In this document: positions 1 to 9,524 of the stretch, in pieces
How the letters are laid out: each line of letters begins with the position of its first letter
Position numbering within the stretch: position 1 is the stretch's first letter
Source: Bdellovibrionales bacterium
Lineage (GTDB): Bacteria > Bdellovibrionota > Bdellovibrionia > Bdellovibrionales > Bdellovibrionaceae
DNA: 64,000 nt
Direction of reading: 5' to 3'
Assembly (NCBI GenBank): GCA_016713585.1
Contig: JADJOV010000025.1
Location: forward strand, 110,361 to 174,360
Translations under genes and position numbers: made by a program
Notes under the pieces: model-generated
The model's input: only the letters and a program-made list of their open reading frames with translations
Database searches by the model: none
Told to the model about the DNA's origin: nothing

Positions 1-378
1 GAGTCCCATCAACGAGATCAATTCCAGAAAATAGAGAATTGAATTCTCAATCCGAACTAGCCTCACCAGTGACAAACCGAGTGGGTTTGGTCGGTGAGGC
101 GTGCGCGTCGCGAAGAGTCCAACGCTTTTTCCCTCGAGTCGTGGCGGATGCACCTTGGCATGATACTGAGAGATTTTATTCAAATGAAACCAGAAAATCA
201 GCCAAACATGACTAAAACCCTCTAAGCCTTGCAAACAGATCTCGGGCTGCAAGTCAGGACGAAGCCGCAGTTGTGCCGTGGCCTCTGGAACCAGGCCGGG
301 CTGGCGAGGAGTCCCAAATTTGTCTCGGAAACAAGATTCAATTGTACCAATTGGATTAAGCTGCATCGTGGCTGCCAT
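1..378 (-). CDS. trmO: TrmO/YaeB-family tRNA methyltransferase, N-terminal 126 codons (gene runs off the left edge)
   Basis: I hand-translated the minus strand from the ATG at 378-376; it stays open to position 1. It reads MAATMQLNPIGTIESCFRDKFGTPRQPGLVPEATAQLRL..GLEGFSHVWLIFWFH..VHPPRLEGKSVGLFATRTPHRPNPLGLSLVRL. This fits the TrmO motifs as I remember them (PIG..S.F..KFG.PRQ, FSHVW, PPR..G..G.FATR.P.RPNP.G). It is absent from the ORF track because there is no stop inside the window. Confidence 0.75.
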   Translation of the reverse strand, partial: MAATMQLNPIGTIESCFRDKFGTPRQPGLVPEATAQLRLRPDLQPEICLQGLEGFSHVWLIFWFHLNKISQYHAKVHPPRLEGKSVGLFATRTPHRPNPLGLSLVRLVRIENSILYFLELISLMGL

Positions 379-504
379 ATAGCTCGCCAGGAACTTAATG
401 CGCAAGCTAAAGAGCGCATATTTCTTGTGGACTGGCCCAGGGCTGTAAGTAATACCTTAAACAACGGTTATCGTTAAATAACTTAACTCGAGTCAGGGGG
501 GAAT

Positions 505-951
505 ATGAAACAACTCAACTTTTTGGCAATATTTGCTTTTGCATCCGTTTTGGCAATCTCTAGTGGAGTGTATGCTTCAGAATCGGCGCCACTGTCGGTG
601 TCTTCGAATACCCATGGCGGGGATTGGAATCAACGCGGGATCTCTTTGAGACATCTGCGCTTTTGGTACACGGGCCCCGGTTGCTTTATTCAAGGGGCGC
701 CAAGCCTAGTTCCGTCTCATCTTCTGGATATTGCCTACGAAGGTGGCGTGATGGTGGAGACAACAGAAGGGTATCGTATGATGGTTCCTTTTGACCCAAT
801 TCTTCTCACTCGCCATCAACAGCGTTATCAAATTGATGATATGATTGCTTCAACTCCCCACGGCGTCGTCGTCTATCAGAGATTTCAGCAAGTTCCTCGG
901 GACTATGTTGAGGTTTTTCAACGACCCCTTGAAGCTGGACTTTGTCGATAA
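505..951 (+). CDS. hypothetical secreted protein
   Basis: 148-aa ORF with an N-terminal signal-peptide-like segment (MKQLNFLAIFAFASVLAISSGVYA). A GGGGG stretch lies just upstream of the ATG. No domain recognised. Confidence 0.5.
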   Translation: MKQLNFLAIFAFASVLAISSGVYASESAPLSVSSNTHGGDWNQRGISLRHLRFWYTGPGCFIQGAPSLVPSHLLDIAYEGGVMVETTEGYRMMVPFDPILLTRHQQRYQIDDMIASTPHGVVVYQRFQQVPRDYVEVFQRPLEAGLCR

Positions 952-1942
952 TGATTTTATTCCTCCGCCGAGCTTCGTTCATTGCCTTGTGGGTGTTTGC
1001 GCTGAATACCTTAGCGAATGACCCAATCAAAGTTGGCCTTGTGCTTGATAAGGGCGGGAAGGACGATAAATCATTTAATTCAGCGGCCTTTGAGGGCGCA
1101 ATGAAGGCTCAAAAGGAAATGGGAATTTCACTCAAGTATGTTGAGGCCACCGATCTCAATGCACTTGAAAACCTTCACCGAAGCTTTGCGCGGAAAAATT
1201 TCGATTTGATAATTGGAATTGGCTTTGCCCAGACCGATGCAGTAAAAAAAATATCGGCTCAGTTTCCTAGTATCAAGTTTGCTTTGGTTGATGGTGAAAT
1301 ACAGGCTCCTAATGTACGCTCTCTTTTGTTTGAAGAACATGAAGGTTCGTTTGTCGTTGGAGCCATCGCTGCCTTGACCTCAAAAACCGGACGAATAGGG
1401 TTTATTGGCGGCATGGATATTCCCTTGATTAGGCGCTTTGCCATGGGCTATCAGGCCGGAATAAAGTATATTAATCCCAAAGCCACGGTTCTTGAAAATT
1501 ACATTGGCGTCAGCGGAGACGCTGGAGCAACCCCGCTAAGGCGAAAGAATTGGGCCTGTCTCAGTTTGGGCAAAAAGTTGATATCATTTTTGTAGCGGCA
1601 GGGGCTTCAAATGCTGGTGTTTTTGATGCAGCCGAGGAAAAAAAGGCCTTCGCCATAGGGGTTGATAGCAATCAAAATTGGGTAAAGCCGGGGTTTATCC
1701 TAACGAGTATGCTTAAACGAGTGGACGTCGCCGTTTTTGAGACCATTAAACAAGTACAGGGTGGGCATTTCGCCGGAGGCATCAGTCGATTTGGCCTTAA
1801 GGATAAGGGCGTTGACTATTCTTTAGATAAATATAACGAAAAACTACTCAAGCCTGATGTTCAAACTAAGGTTAATGAAATCAAAAAGAAAATTGTAGCT
1901 GGTGAAATTCAAGTCCCTGATTATTATAAACTGAAAAAATGA
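942..1942 (+). pseudogene. BMP-family (Med/PnrA-like) ABC transporter substrate-binding protein, frameshifted
   Basis: ORFs 942-1595 and 1550-1942 are the N- and C-terminal halves of one BMP-family binding protein. Shifting frame near 1521-1524 (GCTGGAGC read as GCTTGGAGC) gives the continuous sequence GVSGDAWSNPAKAKELGLSQFGQKVDIIFVAAG. Confidence 0.8.
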
Positions 1943-3381
1943 ACCCAATAGTCGTTGAATTTCAGGATGTGACGAAGGTCTTTGGTAACTCTAAGGCGAA
2001 CGATCAGCTTTCGTTCAAAATCAAAAGAAATTCTATTCATGCACTTGTCGGTGAAAATGGTGCAGGCAAATCAACAGCCATGAAAATCTTGTTTGGGCTA
2101 GTTTCCGCTGACAGTGGGAAAATACTCATTGATGGTAAGCCAGAGAGAATACACTCAACACTTCGTGCCCGCGCCTTGGGCCTCGGAATGGTTCATCAGC
2201 ACTTTGTTTTGGCAACGGAGCACAGCGCACTCGAGAATGTTCTTTTTTCTGAAACCGTTTCACCATTTCAAATCTTGAATCGGACCCAGAAAAAAATTGA
2301 GTATCAAAAACTTGCCGAGCAATATGGCTTTCAAATTCCTTGGGATAAATCAGTTGCAGAGCTCTCCGTGGGTGAACAGCAAAGGGTAGAAATTCTGAAG
2401 GTCCTGCAGCAGAAAGCCAGACTTCTGATTCTGGATGAACCTACAGCTGTGCTGACTCCGCAAGAAGTTCTCGGTTTTTTTAAAAACCTCCAGGAACTAA
2501 AAAACCAAGGCTGTACGATTGTTTTGATCACTCACAAACTTAAAGAGGTTTTAGCAATCTGCGACACTGTCACGGTCATTCGCCAGGGACACGCGGTCCA
2601 GACCCTCGCCGTGGCCGATACCAATCAGGACCAACTTGCAGAAATGATGGTTGGAAGACGAATCCAATGGAGCCGCCGAGAATTGAATCCTGGGACTTCT
2701 GCGCCAAAACAAAACGAACCGATACTGAAGATCCCAGCGCATCAGCCTCTGGCGTTTCAAGTTAATGCTGGCGAAGTTGTCGGTGTTGCCGGCGTCGAGG
2801 GGAATGGACAAACCGAACTGATTGAAGCAATACTCAATATAAAAAAGGCTCAAGCCTCAAAAATTCACATGGGTGTTTTCCCCGAAGATCGCCTGAGAGT
2901 TGGTTCTGTTCCCAAAGCCAGTGTTATGGAGAACTTTATCTTAGGTTTCGACTCGGATCCGGCTTTTTGCAATCACGGTTGGCTTCGCTGGAACGAAGTT
3001 AAAAAATCCACTGTCGAGAGTCTACAGAAATATGATGTCAGACCAGTTTCACCCGAACTTCCCTTTGAACAATTTTCTGGTGGGAACCAGCAAAAAATTA
3101 TCGTGGCACGAGAACTTTGTCGAAATCCGGAATTTATTTTAGCAGCGCAACCCACTCGAGGTGTTGATGTCGGGGCTGTCGAATTTATTCACGAAGAGTT
3201 GCTGCGGGCGCAAGAGCGAGGGGCCGGGATACTCCTAATTTCATTTGACCTCGACGAGTTGCTTAAGCTTTCCGCCCGAATTTTAGTGCTTTTCAATAAG
3301 AAATTTGTCTTAGAACTTGATCGGGAAAATTTTAATGAGCTTGAACTTGGACGAGCCATGGGCAGCGGTGCTCGAACATGA
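1939..3381 (+). CDS. ABC transporter ATP-binding protein with two ABC domains (sugar/nucleoside type)
   Basis: Walker A GENGAGKST, signature LSVGEQQRV, Walker B LLILDEPT. The second domain has GVEGNGQTEL, FSGGNQQK and PTRGVDVGA. The start overlaps the upstream stop (ATGA). Confidence 0.9.
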   Translation: MNPIVVEFQDVTKVFGNSKANDQLSFKIKRNSIHALVGENGAGKSTAMKILFGLVSADSGKILIDGKPERIHSTLRARALGLGMVHQHFVLATEHSALENVLFSETVSPFQILNRTQKKIEYQKLAEQYGFQIPWDKSVAELSVGEQQRVEILKVLQQKARLLILDEPTAVLTPQEVLGFFKNLQELKNQGCTIVLITHKLKEVLAICDTVTVIRQGHAVQTLAVADTNQDQLAEMMVGRRIQWSRRELNPGTSAPKQNEPILKIPAHQPLAFQVNAGEVVGVAGVEGNGQTELIEAILNIKKAQASKIHMGVFPEDRLRVGSVPKASVMENFILGFDSDPAFCNHGWLRWNEVKKSTVESLQKYDVRPVSPELPFEQFSGGNQQKIIVARELCRNPEFILAAQPTRGVDVGAVEFIHEELLRAQERGAGILLISFDLDELLKLSARILVLFNKKFVLELDRENFNELELGRAMGSGART

Positions 3382-4412
3382 GAAAAACATTCTTTGGCTT
3401 TTTATTCGGCCTTTTCTTTGCAATCGGCCTAACTTTTCTTGCTGGCGAGAATCCATGGAATGTATTTTTGATTTTGGCCCATAGCGCTTTTGGTTCTCGT
3501 TATGATTTTGGCCAGACTTTGTTTTATGCGACTCCACTTATTTTTTGTGGCCTTTCGGTGGCCTGGGCTTTTCGGGTTGGCTTGTTCAATATCGGAGCAG
3601 AAGGTCAGTTAACACTTGGCTGCTTGGCTGCAGCCTGGTTCGGGGGAGTTCCCACTGAGTGGCATAGAGGGTCTGCCCTAGCTGTAGGAATGATCTGCCC
3701 ATTGCTTGCGGGCGGTGCCTGGGGTTTTGTTGCCGGCTGGATGAAGGCGCGAAGGCTGGCCCACGAGGTTATTGTCACAATGATGTTGAATTTTGTCGCC
3801 GCGGCCCTCGCCAGCTATGTTGTATTAAATTTGATTCCAAACCCCGCAACTCAAAACCCAGAATCGATCCCATTGCCACCTCAGTTTTTGTTTAAGCACC
3901 AAGACCCAATTGCCCAGGTGTTTCCTGAGAGCTCAGTTAGTTTTGCCCTAGTCTTAGCAATTTTGCTGGCCATTGGAAGCTGGTTTGTTTTTCATAAGAG
4001 CCAGTTGGGCTATAGGATTAAAATGGTTGGAATGAACGCGACTGCAGCTGCTCGCGCGGGAATCTCTGTTGAGAAAACGCAGATGATTGCAATGACTATT
4101 GCCGGCGCCCTGGCTGGTGCCGTCGCCTGGGCGGAAGTGTTGGGATCGTCTGGTCAGTTCAGACTTGGCTTTTCCCCTGATTATGGATTCTTAGGAATTG
4201 CTGTGGCGCTCATGGCACAAAATAATCCTTTAGGTATTTTACTCTCGGGCTTGCTTTTGGGGGCTCTCCACAAAGGAGCAGGAGATTTAGATATGGAAAC
4301 CGCCCATATTACGCGGGATTTTTCTAAAGTGCTCCAGGCTTTCATTGTTTTATCTGTGGCCTCACCTGGGCTATGGTCTCTGCTAAGGCGAAAGTTCAAA
4401 CGTCATGCTTGA
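3378..4412 (+). CDS. ABC transporter permease (BMP-type system)
   Basis: 344-aa polytopic membrane ORF. It is translationally coupled to the ATPase gene and has the conserved FNIGAEGQ motif of this permease family. Confidence 0.85.
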   Translation: MRKTFFGFLFGLFFAIGLTFLAGENPWNVFLILAHSAFGSRYDFGQTLFYATPLIFCGLSVAWAFRVGLFNIGAEGQLTLGCLAAAWFGGVPTEWHRGSALAVGMICPLLAGGAWGFVAGWMKARRLAHEVIVTMMLNFVAAALASYVVLNLIPNPATQNPESIPLPPQFLFKHQDPIAQVFPESSVSFALVLAILLAIGSWFVFHKSQLGYRIKMVGMNATAAARAGISVEKTQMIAMTIAGALAGAVAWAEVLGSSGQFRLGFSPDYGFLGIAVALMAQNNPLGILLSGLLLGALHKGAGDLDMETAHITRDFSKVLQAFIVLSVASPGLWSLLRRKFKRHA

Positions 4413-5209
4413 TTTATTTTTCAATTTTACCTTTTTGATCTCGATACTCCGAATGGCGACACCGATAATTTTTGCGGCGCTTGGCGGTCTTCTTTCTGAG
4501 CGATCCGGAGTCATAAATATAGCCCTTGAAGGGCATATGCTGCTAGGTGCGTTTGCTGGTGCAAGTGTTGCTCTCGTCAGCCAGTCTGCCTGGTTGGGTT
4601 GGATATCTGCAGGTCTTGCAGGGATGATCCTCGCTGCGGTCTATTCCTATTTCGTCATAGAACTCGAGTCAGAACCAGTTGTTGCTGGAACTGCAATAAA
4701 TTTGTTAATGATTGGGGGTATTCCCTTAGCAAGCAAGAGACTTTTTGACACAACCGGTGCGACTCCGTCATTGTTGGCGGAGGTTCGTTTTTCCTATGAG
4801 CCTATTCTCATGGCGCTGATGGTCGCCCTCCTTATCCACTTCTGGCTCTCACAGACTTCGTCGGGACTCTGGGTCTCCTTTGCTGGTCGAAGACCAGAGG
4901 CTTTGGCGCCTCAGGGAATCAGCCTTAGGCGGGTCCGATGGGGCTCTGTTCTTTTGTGGTACTCTCGCTGCTTGGGGCGGTGCCACCCTTAGTTTATATC
5001 TCGCCTCGGCTTACTCCCCTCTCATGAGTGGGGGACGTGGCTTCATGGCTTTGGCAGCGATGATCTTTGGTCGATGGGCTCCTTTACCAACGCTCGCCGC
5101 TTGTTTGTTCTTTGGGCTAACAGAAGCTGTACAAATACGTCTGCAGGGTGTTCACTTTGGTGGGATTCAAGTGCCTGTGCAGTTAATTCGGGTTATTCCT
5201 ATGTGGTAA
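4405..5209 (+). pseudogene. second ABC transporter permease, frameshifted
   Basis: ORFs 4405-4992 and 4880-5209 overlap in different frames. The continuation ..GISLRRVRW / ALFFCGTLAAWGGATLSLYLA joins at the GGGG run near 4939-4942. Confidence 0.8.
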
Positions 5210-5249
5210 CCATTATCGTTCTTTATCAACCTTTTCGAAGGAAAATTGT

Positions 5250-6347
5250 ATGAAATATCAGTTTGGCTTTTTTTTCATCGGTGTGGTTTTTTCGCTCTTG
5301 AATTCACCATCGTCTGCCAAAGCGTGGGGAGGGCGCGGTCACCATACAATTTGTGAAGTGGCCGTTCATCTAGTTCAAGACGCCGAACTTAAAGCGTTTC
5401 TACAACCCAGACCCCACGTCATGGGACATTTATGCAATATTCCCGACATTTTTTGGAAGAACAACGGCCCTGAGATCAGAAAAACCGGCGATCCGACTCA
5501 TTATATTAATTCGGAGATTCTGGGAATCGCTCTGAAGGATCTTCCTTTAGATTACACAAAACTTATAAAAGACTACACTGGACAACCGAACAAAGAGAAG
5601 CCTGGATTGACTATTTTTTCTGTGCCTAGCGAGCTCGGCTCCAATTGGTGGCGGGCCGATCAATTTATGCGAAGAATAGCCGCTCGCAAAGAGGCCTTTG
5701 CAAAGGCAATTCCGTCTGCTGGGTCTAAGCATGAATACAACGATGATCTCGATTACAATAAGATAGTCTATGAAACAATCTTGGATTTGGGAATTATGGG
5801 GCATTACGTGGGGGACAATGCTCAACCGTTTCACACAAGTTCGGACTATGATGGCTACGGGGCCGGACATGGTGGAATTCATACCTATTACGAAGAGACC
5901 ATTGTGGGCCAATTTGATGGAAATCTTGTTGGTGAGATTCTTAGAAAAGCTCGAGCAACGGCACCCTTCAAGGAGGCGCAAAAATTCCTAAAGCCATTAA
6001 CTACGGTGGAGAAAATGCGAGCACTAGCCTTGCTGTCAAATGCAGAAATTCAAACAGTGTACAAATTCGATCCACTCATTAAAAAATCTGAACTTCGTGA
6101 AGAAAAAGGAATGCAGATTCGAACGGCAGCCACTCGCGAACCCCCTGAAGAAGGAGGTCCTCGTTTGCGCCCCTTGGTCGTGTTGGAAATGTCTCGGGCG
6201 GCTTTACTGCTAGCCAAATTATGGGATGAGGCCTACATCAGCCTAGGAAAACCACCGCTTCGAATCTACAAGAGTTACAAGTATCCCTTCACTCCGCCTT
6301 ACATTCCACCAGATTATATTGGTGCGGTCGCTAATAACTCCAAGTAA
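5250..6347 (+). CDS. S1/P1-like zinc nuclease family protein, secreted
   Basis: A signal peptide is followed by AWGGRGHHTICEVA (the WG..GH mature N-terminus typical of S1/P1 nucleases). A later HYVGDNAQPFH motif resembles H..D..QP.H. Confidence 0.6.
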   Translation: MKYQFGFFFIGVVFSLLNSPSSAKAWGGRGHHTICEVAVHLVQDAELKAFLQPRPHVMGHLCNIPDIFWKNNGPEIRKTGDPTHYINSEILGIALKDLPLDYTKLIKDYTGQPNKEKPGLTIFSVPSELGSNWWRADQFMRRIAARKEAFAKAIPSAGSKHEYNDDLDYNKIVYETILDLGIMGHYVGDNAQPFHTSSDYDGYGAGHGGIHTYYEETIVGQFDGNLVGEILRKARATAPFKEAQKFLKPLTTVEKMRALALLSNAEIQTVYKFDPLIKKSELREEKGMQIRTAATREPPEEGGPRLRPLVVLEMSRAALLLAKLWDEAYISLGKPPLRIYKSYKYPFTPPYIPPDYIGAVANNSK

Positions 6348-6435
6348 TTTTCGCCAAAGCGACAAAATTGATTATGCCGCCACTTTGGTGGACAGAGTCG
6401 TCATCATGTTTTTAATTTCAATTCTTGCTCTTTGG

Positions 6436-7408
6436 TCAATTCTGCAAAACGAATTCCCAGCACCGCATTCTTTCCTGAGAAACGACATTAACCACTTTTC
6501 CGACAACTTCTACGTCGCCTATGGATATTTTGAGAAAGGAGTTTATCTCATACCACCAATTCGAACGAATTTGAGCTCCCTGAAGACTAATATTCGTCCC
6601 CAAAACCGGCATCATTTTTGAGTCAAATGTGGCAATTCCAGCCTCAAGATGGACAAATACACGTTGACGCTTTCGATAATTCTTAGAGTACAGGCTTACT
6701 TGATTTTCCATTTCCCTTAGAAAAGTACCCAGCCTCATCAGCCATTTGAACTAAGGCCTTGCGATTATTCCATCCTGCGGACAGGACGCAACTCCCGCTG
6801 AAATGTGACATGAAAAGGTTTATGTTGAATTGATGAAAATTCATACTCAGCCATCGCACGTCGAGCCTGATCAACAATCTCAAAGCGGCTTTTTGTCGAC
6901 GTCCGGGAACAAGATTGCCATTTCCTCGCCGCCATACCGAAACACAGATCCATTTGCCCCACGGAAGGATTTCTTTGAAGTGTCTGAAGTTGTACAAGCC
7001 AGTCAGCTCGTCTTTTAGTAGCTGGCTCTGGTTGCGCATATACAATTTCAACTCAATAAATTTTGGATTCTTAAGTTTTTTGCAGACCAATAAAAAATAC
7101 CCAAGCGTGCTCACCCTCAAATCGAGAGAGATATGAAGTCTTTTTTGGATTGAGTTATGGTATTGTCGAAGCCCCTTCCAATGTTTTTCTGCCTCAGCTT
7201 CTGAAAAGGTGAGATTTGTCAGTAAATGAAAGAAATGGCGACTGACTTCAGCCGATGGAAATTTTTTGCGGAGCATATTGAGCGTATGCTCTGCCTTTTC
7301 CAAAGTTAGCACTCGACGACACAATAGATTCAGAACCTGATTCTGAAATTCTTCACTGACCGAGTGATGTTCTTTCAACTTGAGGCTTCGTTTTGCTTTT
7401 GATTTCAC
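6436..7408 (-). pseudogene. GGDEF-domain protein, probably fused to a C-terminal PilZ domain, broken by several frameshifts
   Basis: The 241-aa ORF (6683-7408) carries DELTGLYNFRHFKE (GGDEF start) and ADEAGYFSKGNGK (GGDEF end). The signature RYGGEEMAILFPD is encoded at 6919-6939 in a different minus-strand frame. The 100-aa ORF 6436-6738 is a PilZ domain (RKRQR ... NISLQGA). Confidence 0.6.
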
Positions 7409-7564
7409 CCATAATGAAGCCTATCGGAATACTCACGTAGACCTTTAGCAGATCTAGTTTCAGGCCCAAGAAGCGAATCCTATGATTAGACAAAGTCTCC
7501 ATATAATGATAGTCAACATATTGAAATCATTTGAACTTCGCAGAACGATGTAGCGCATAAACAT

Positions 7565-7596
7565 AAAAAAACCCGGGCAAGGCGCCCAGGTTTTTT
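7565..7596 (-). terminator. rho-independent terminator downstream of the porin gene
   Basis: The minus strand reads CCTGGGC-GCCTT-GCCCGGG (7-bp stem with one G-U pair) followed by TTTTTTT. An A-run on the other side makes it formally bidirectional. Confidence 0.7.
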
Positions 7597-7649
7597 CTGA
7601 AAAAAGGTGAATCGTCGATCAAATAGACTCACCTAACTTTATGCAAATC

Positions 7650-8785
7650 TTATTTCAAAATATCCGCAGCGTACTTCACACCAACAGTCAATTGAGCCCA
7701 AGCAACTGTTTCTTTTGATCCTGCAGTTCCATACTTATCAGAGGTCGAGCTGTAAGCTAGATGATATCTAAATGCGTCACCAGCTTTTGGAGTCAACTCA
7801 ACTCCAAGACCCATACCTGTTCGTTTGAAGCTAGCGGCAAGAGTAGCATCGTCCTGACTCTTGAACTCAGAAGACTCGATCTTAAGAAATGGCTTCCATG
7901 CATCAATTGTGTAATCGACTAATGCATAAATTGAATTTACATTGTCCGCTTTTCCGCCAGTTGCACTCGCTTTCTTTGTATTAGAAAGATACTCGGCCAA
8001 AACGCCAACCATTCCAAACTTCATTTTTGCGCCCGCACTTACGAAAGTTTCTTCGTAGCCCAAGCCAGAACCAGTTGAAACGCCAGTACTTGAATAACCT
8101 TGATCGCAGTCAGCCATATAACCAAACTGTGGCATAATCATTTTGTCAGCAAAAGAACCCTTATAATAAACCCCAATGTTATTACGTGTATAAGACGAGG
8201 TAGTTCCATGATTGGTAGAGTTTGTCACTTGAAGATCAATGGCTTGCTCACCCATTTTATACGTCATACCGACTCCTCGCGAATTACCAGCGGCGGTAAC
8301 AGGCGTGCCTACAATCGTAAGTGCTCAGTTGTTGGACTCGGGTAAGCCCCTGTCCATCCAATTTGATGGGTGTTATATCCACCAATTCCACCGTTGGCTA
8401 AAGTTGCAAGGTAGACGTCAGCGTCTACAACGCTATCGCCTTCAAACCCGCCATTCTGTCCGCGAAGTTTTCCTGCGTGCATAGTGAATCCGCTAGCAAT
8501 TTCTCTTGAGATATAAATATATTCGACTAATGCATCTCCAGACGCAGTCGTTACTGGTGCGAAACCAACATCAAATCGACCAGTCACTACAGCATCGCCA
8601 ACTTTGCCATCAAGACCAACTTTAGCTGCCGCGCTACGGAATATAGATGAACCTGGAGTCTCAGTTCCATTTCGGTTATCAAACTTCGGAGTATTAACGT
8701 AATCTCCTCGTACAATAACATTCATACCTGCCTGCGCTGAAATTCCAGCAAGAGCCAATATAGCAGTTACAATCATTCGCTTCAT
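7650..8785 (-). pseudogene. outer-membrane beta-barrel porin-like protein, frameshifted
   Basis: ORF 8309-8824 has the signal peptide MKRMIVTAILALAGISAQA with an AAGGAAG RBS before the ATG at 8785. ORF 7650-8267 continues the Gly/Tyr-rich alternating beta-strand pattern. The two frames meet near 8320-8335 (..GAYPSPTT / ALTIVGTPVTAAGNSRGVGMTYK). Confidence 0.6.
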
Positions 8786-8897
8786 AATGCTTCCTTTCGT
8801 TTTAGTCCCATTTGAAGAAGACAATCTTACTCTAATGAAACTTTGAGTTCCAAATAATCCATCACTTAATTCATATGTTTGTAATCCTAGATACGGC

Positions 8898-9449
8898 TTA
8901 GCCCAAGATCAAGCCATAAGACGCGTCTGGTCCTGCTGCATTGAGCCAATTTAAAGTCTGATATGGATTTTGAATCAGTGAATTGCTGTCACTAAAGACA
9001 ATTTTCCCTGATGGGCGAAGGAGTTCCCTCAAACTGCTCCAAGGGTATTCTTCGACAAGGTTACACATGGAGGCTTCGACTGGATTGCGATAGATGTATT
9101 TGTATGTGTGTCGAAATTGCGCCAAGGAAAGAATTCGCTCGCAGAGGACTGGATAATCAAAGGCTGGCATCGGAAGCTCTAGTGTCGCTGCAAACCATCT
9201 CTCAAGCTCAAGCATCAAAATATTTTCATTGAATGCGCTCATTGAGTGCAAGGAAAAAAGAATATGGAAATGGGTCCCCATCATTACCGCAGAGATCCAC
9301 TTGACGTTTTCTCGCTCTTGAATTTTGCCCAAGCCGTTAAGAAAGATCACCCAACGTTGGGAGTTTGGCCTTTCTAGCCACGTCGGGTGGGGTATCCGGG
9401 AGGCGAAATGAAAAAATCTCTCTTCAGTTTGAAAACGAGTGGATTTCAT
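8898..9449 (-). CDS. IS200/RAYT-like HUH (Y1) transposase-family protein
   Basis: It has the HUH motif in GTHFHILF and the tyrosine motif YKYIYRNPVEA...EYPWSS typical of IS200/REP-associated tyrosine transposases. No terminal inverted repeats were seen at its flanks. Confidence 0.55.
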   Translation of the reverse strand: MKSTRFQTEERFFHFASRIPHPTWLERPNSQRWVIFLNGLGKIQERENVKWISAVMMGTHFHILFSLHSMSAFNENILMLELERWFAATLELPMPAFDYPVLCERILSLAQFRHTYKYIYRNPVEASMCNLVEEYPWSSLRELLRPSGKIVFSDSNSLIQNPYQTLNWLNAAGPDASYGLILG

Positions 9450-9524
9450 GAGTTTGGCAATTAAGCAAAGATCAAGCCGAAAATCCTTGGCTTAAATCCT
9501 CTCCTTAGTGCTATCCTTCCAGCC

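Noticed and set aside
61-99. Extended hairpin CCTCACC..CAAACC-GAGT-GGGTTTG..GGTGAGG, considered as a possible terminator or RNA element.
   Set aside because: It lies inside the trmO coding frame, where it encodes ..RTPHRPNPLGLSLVR.., and has no flanking T-run on either strand.
222-477. Track ORFs 222-464 (-) and 229-477 (+).
   Set aside because: Both overlap the trmO reading frame (1-378, minus strand, a different frame), which has strong family motifs. Their own translations have no recognisable features.
5547-5981. 144-aa antisense ORF inside the S1/P1-like nuclease gene.
   Set aside because: The sense frame has a signal peptide and family motifs. The antisense translation is featureless.
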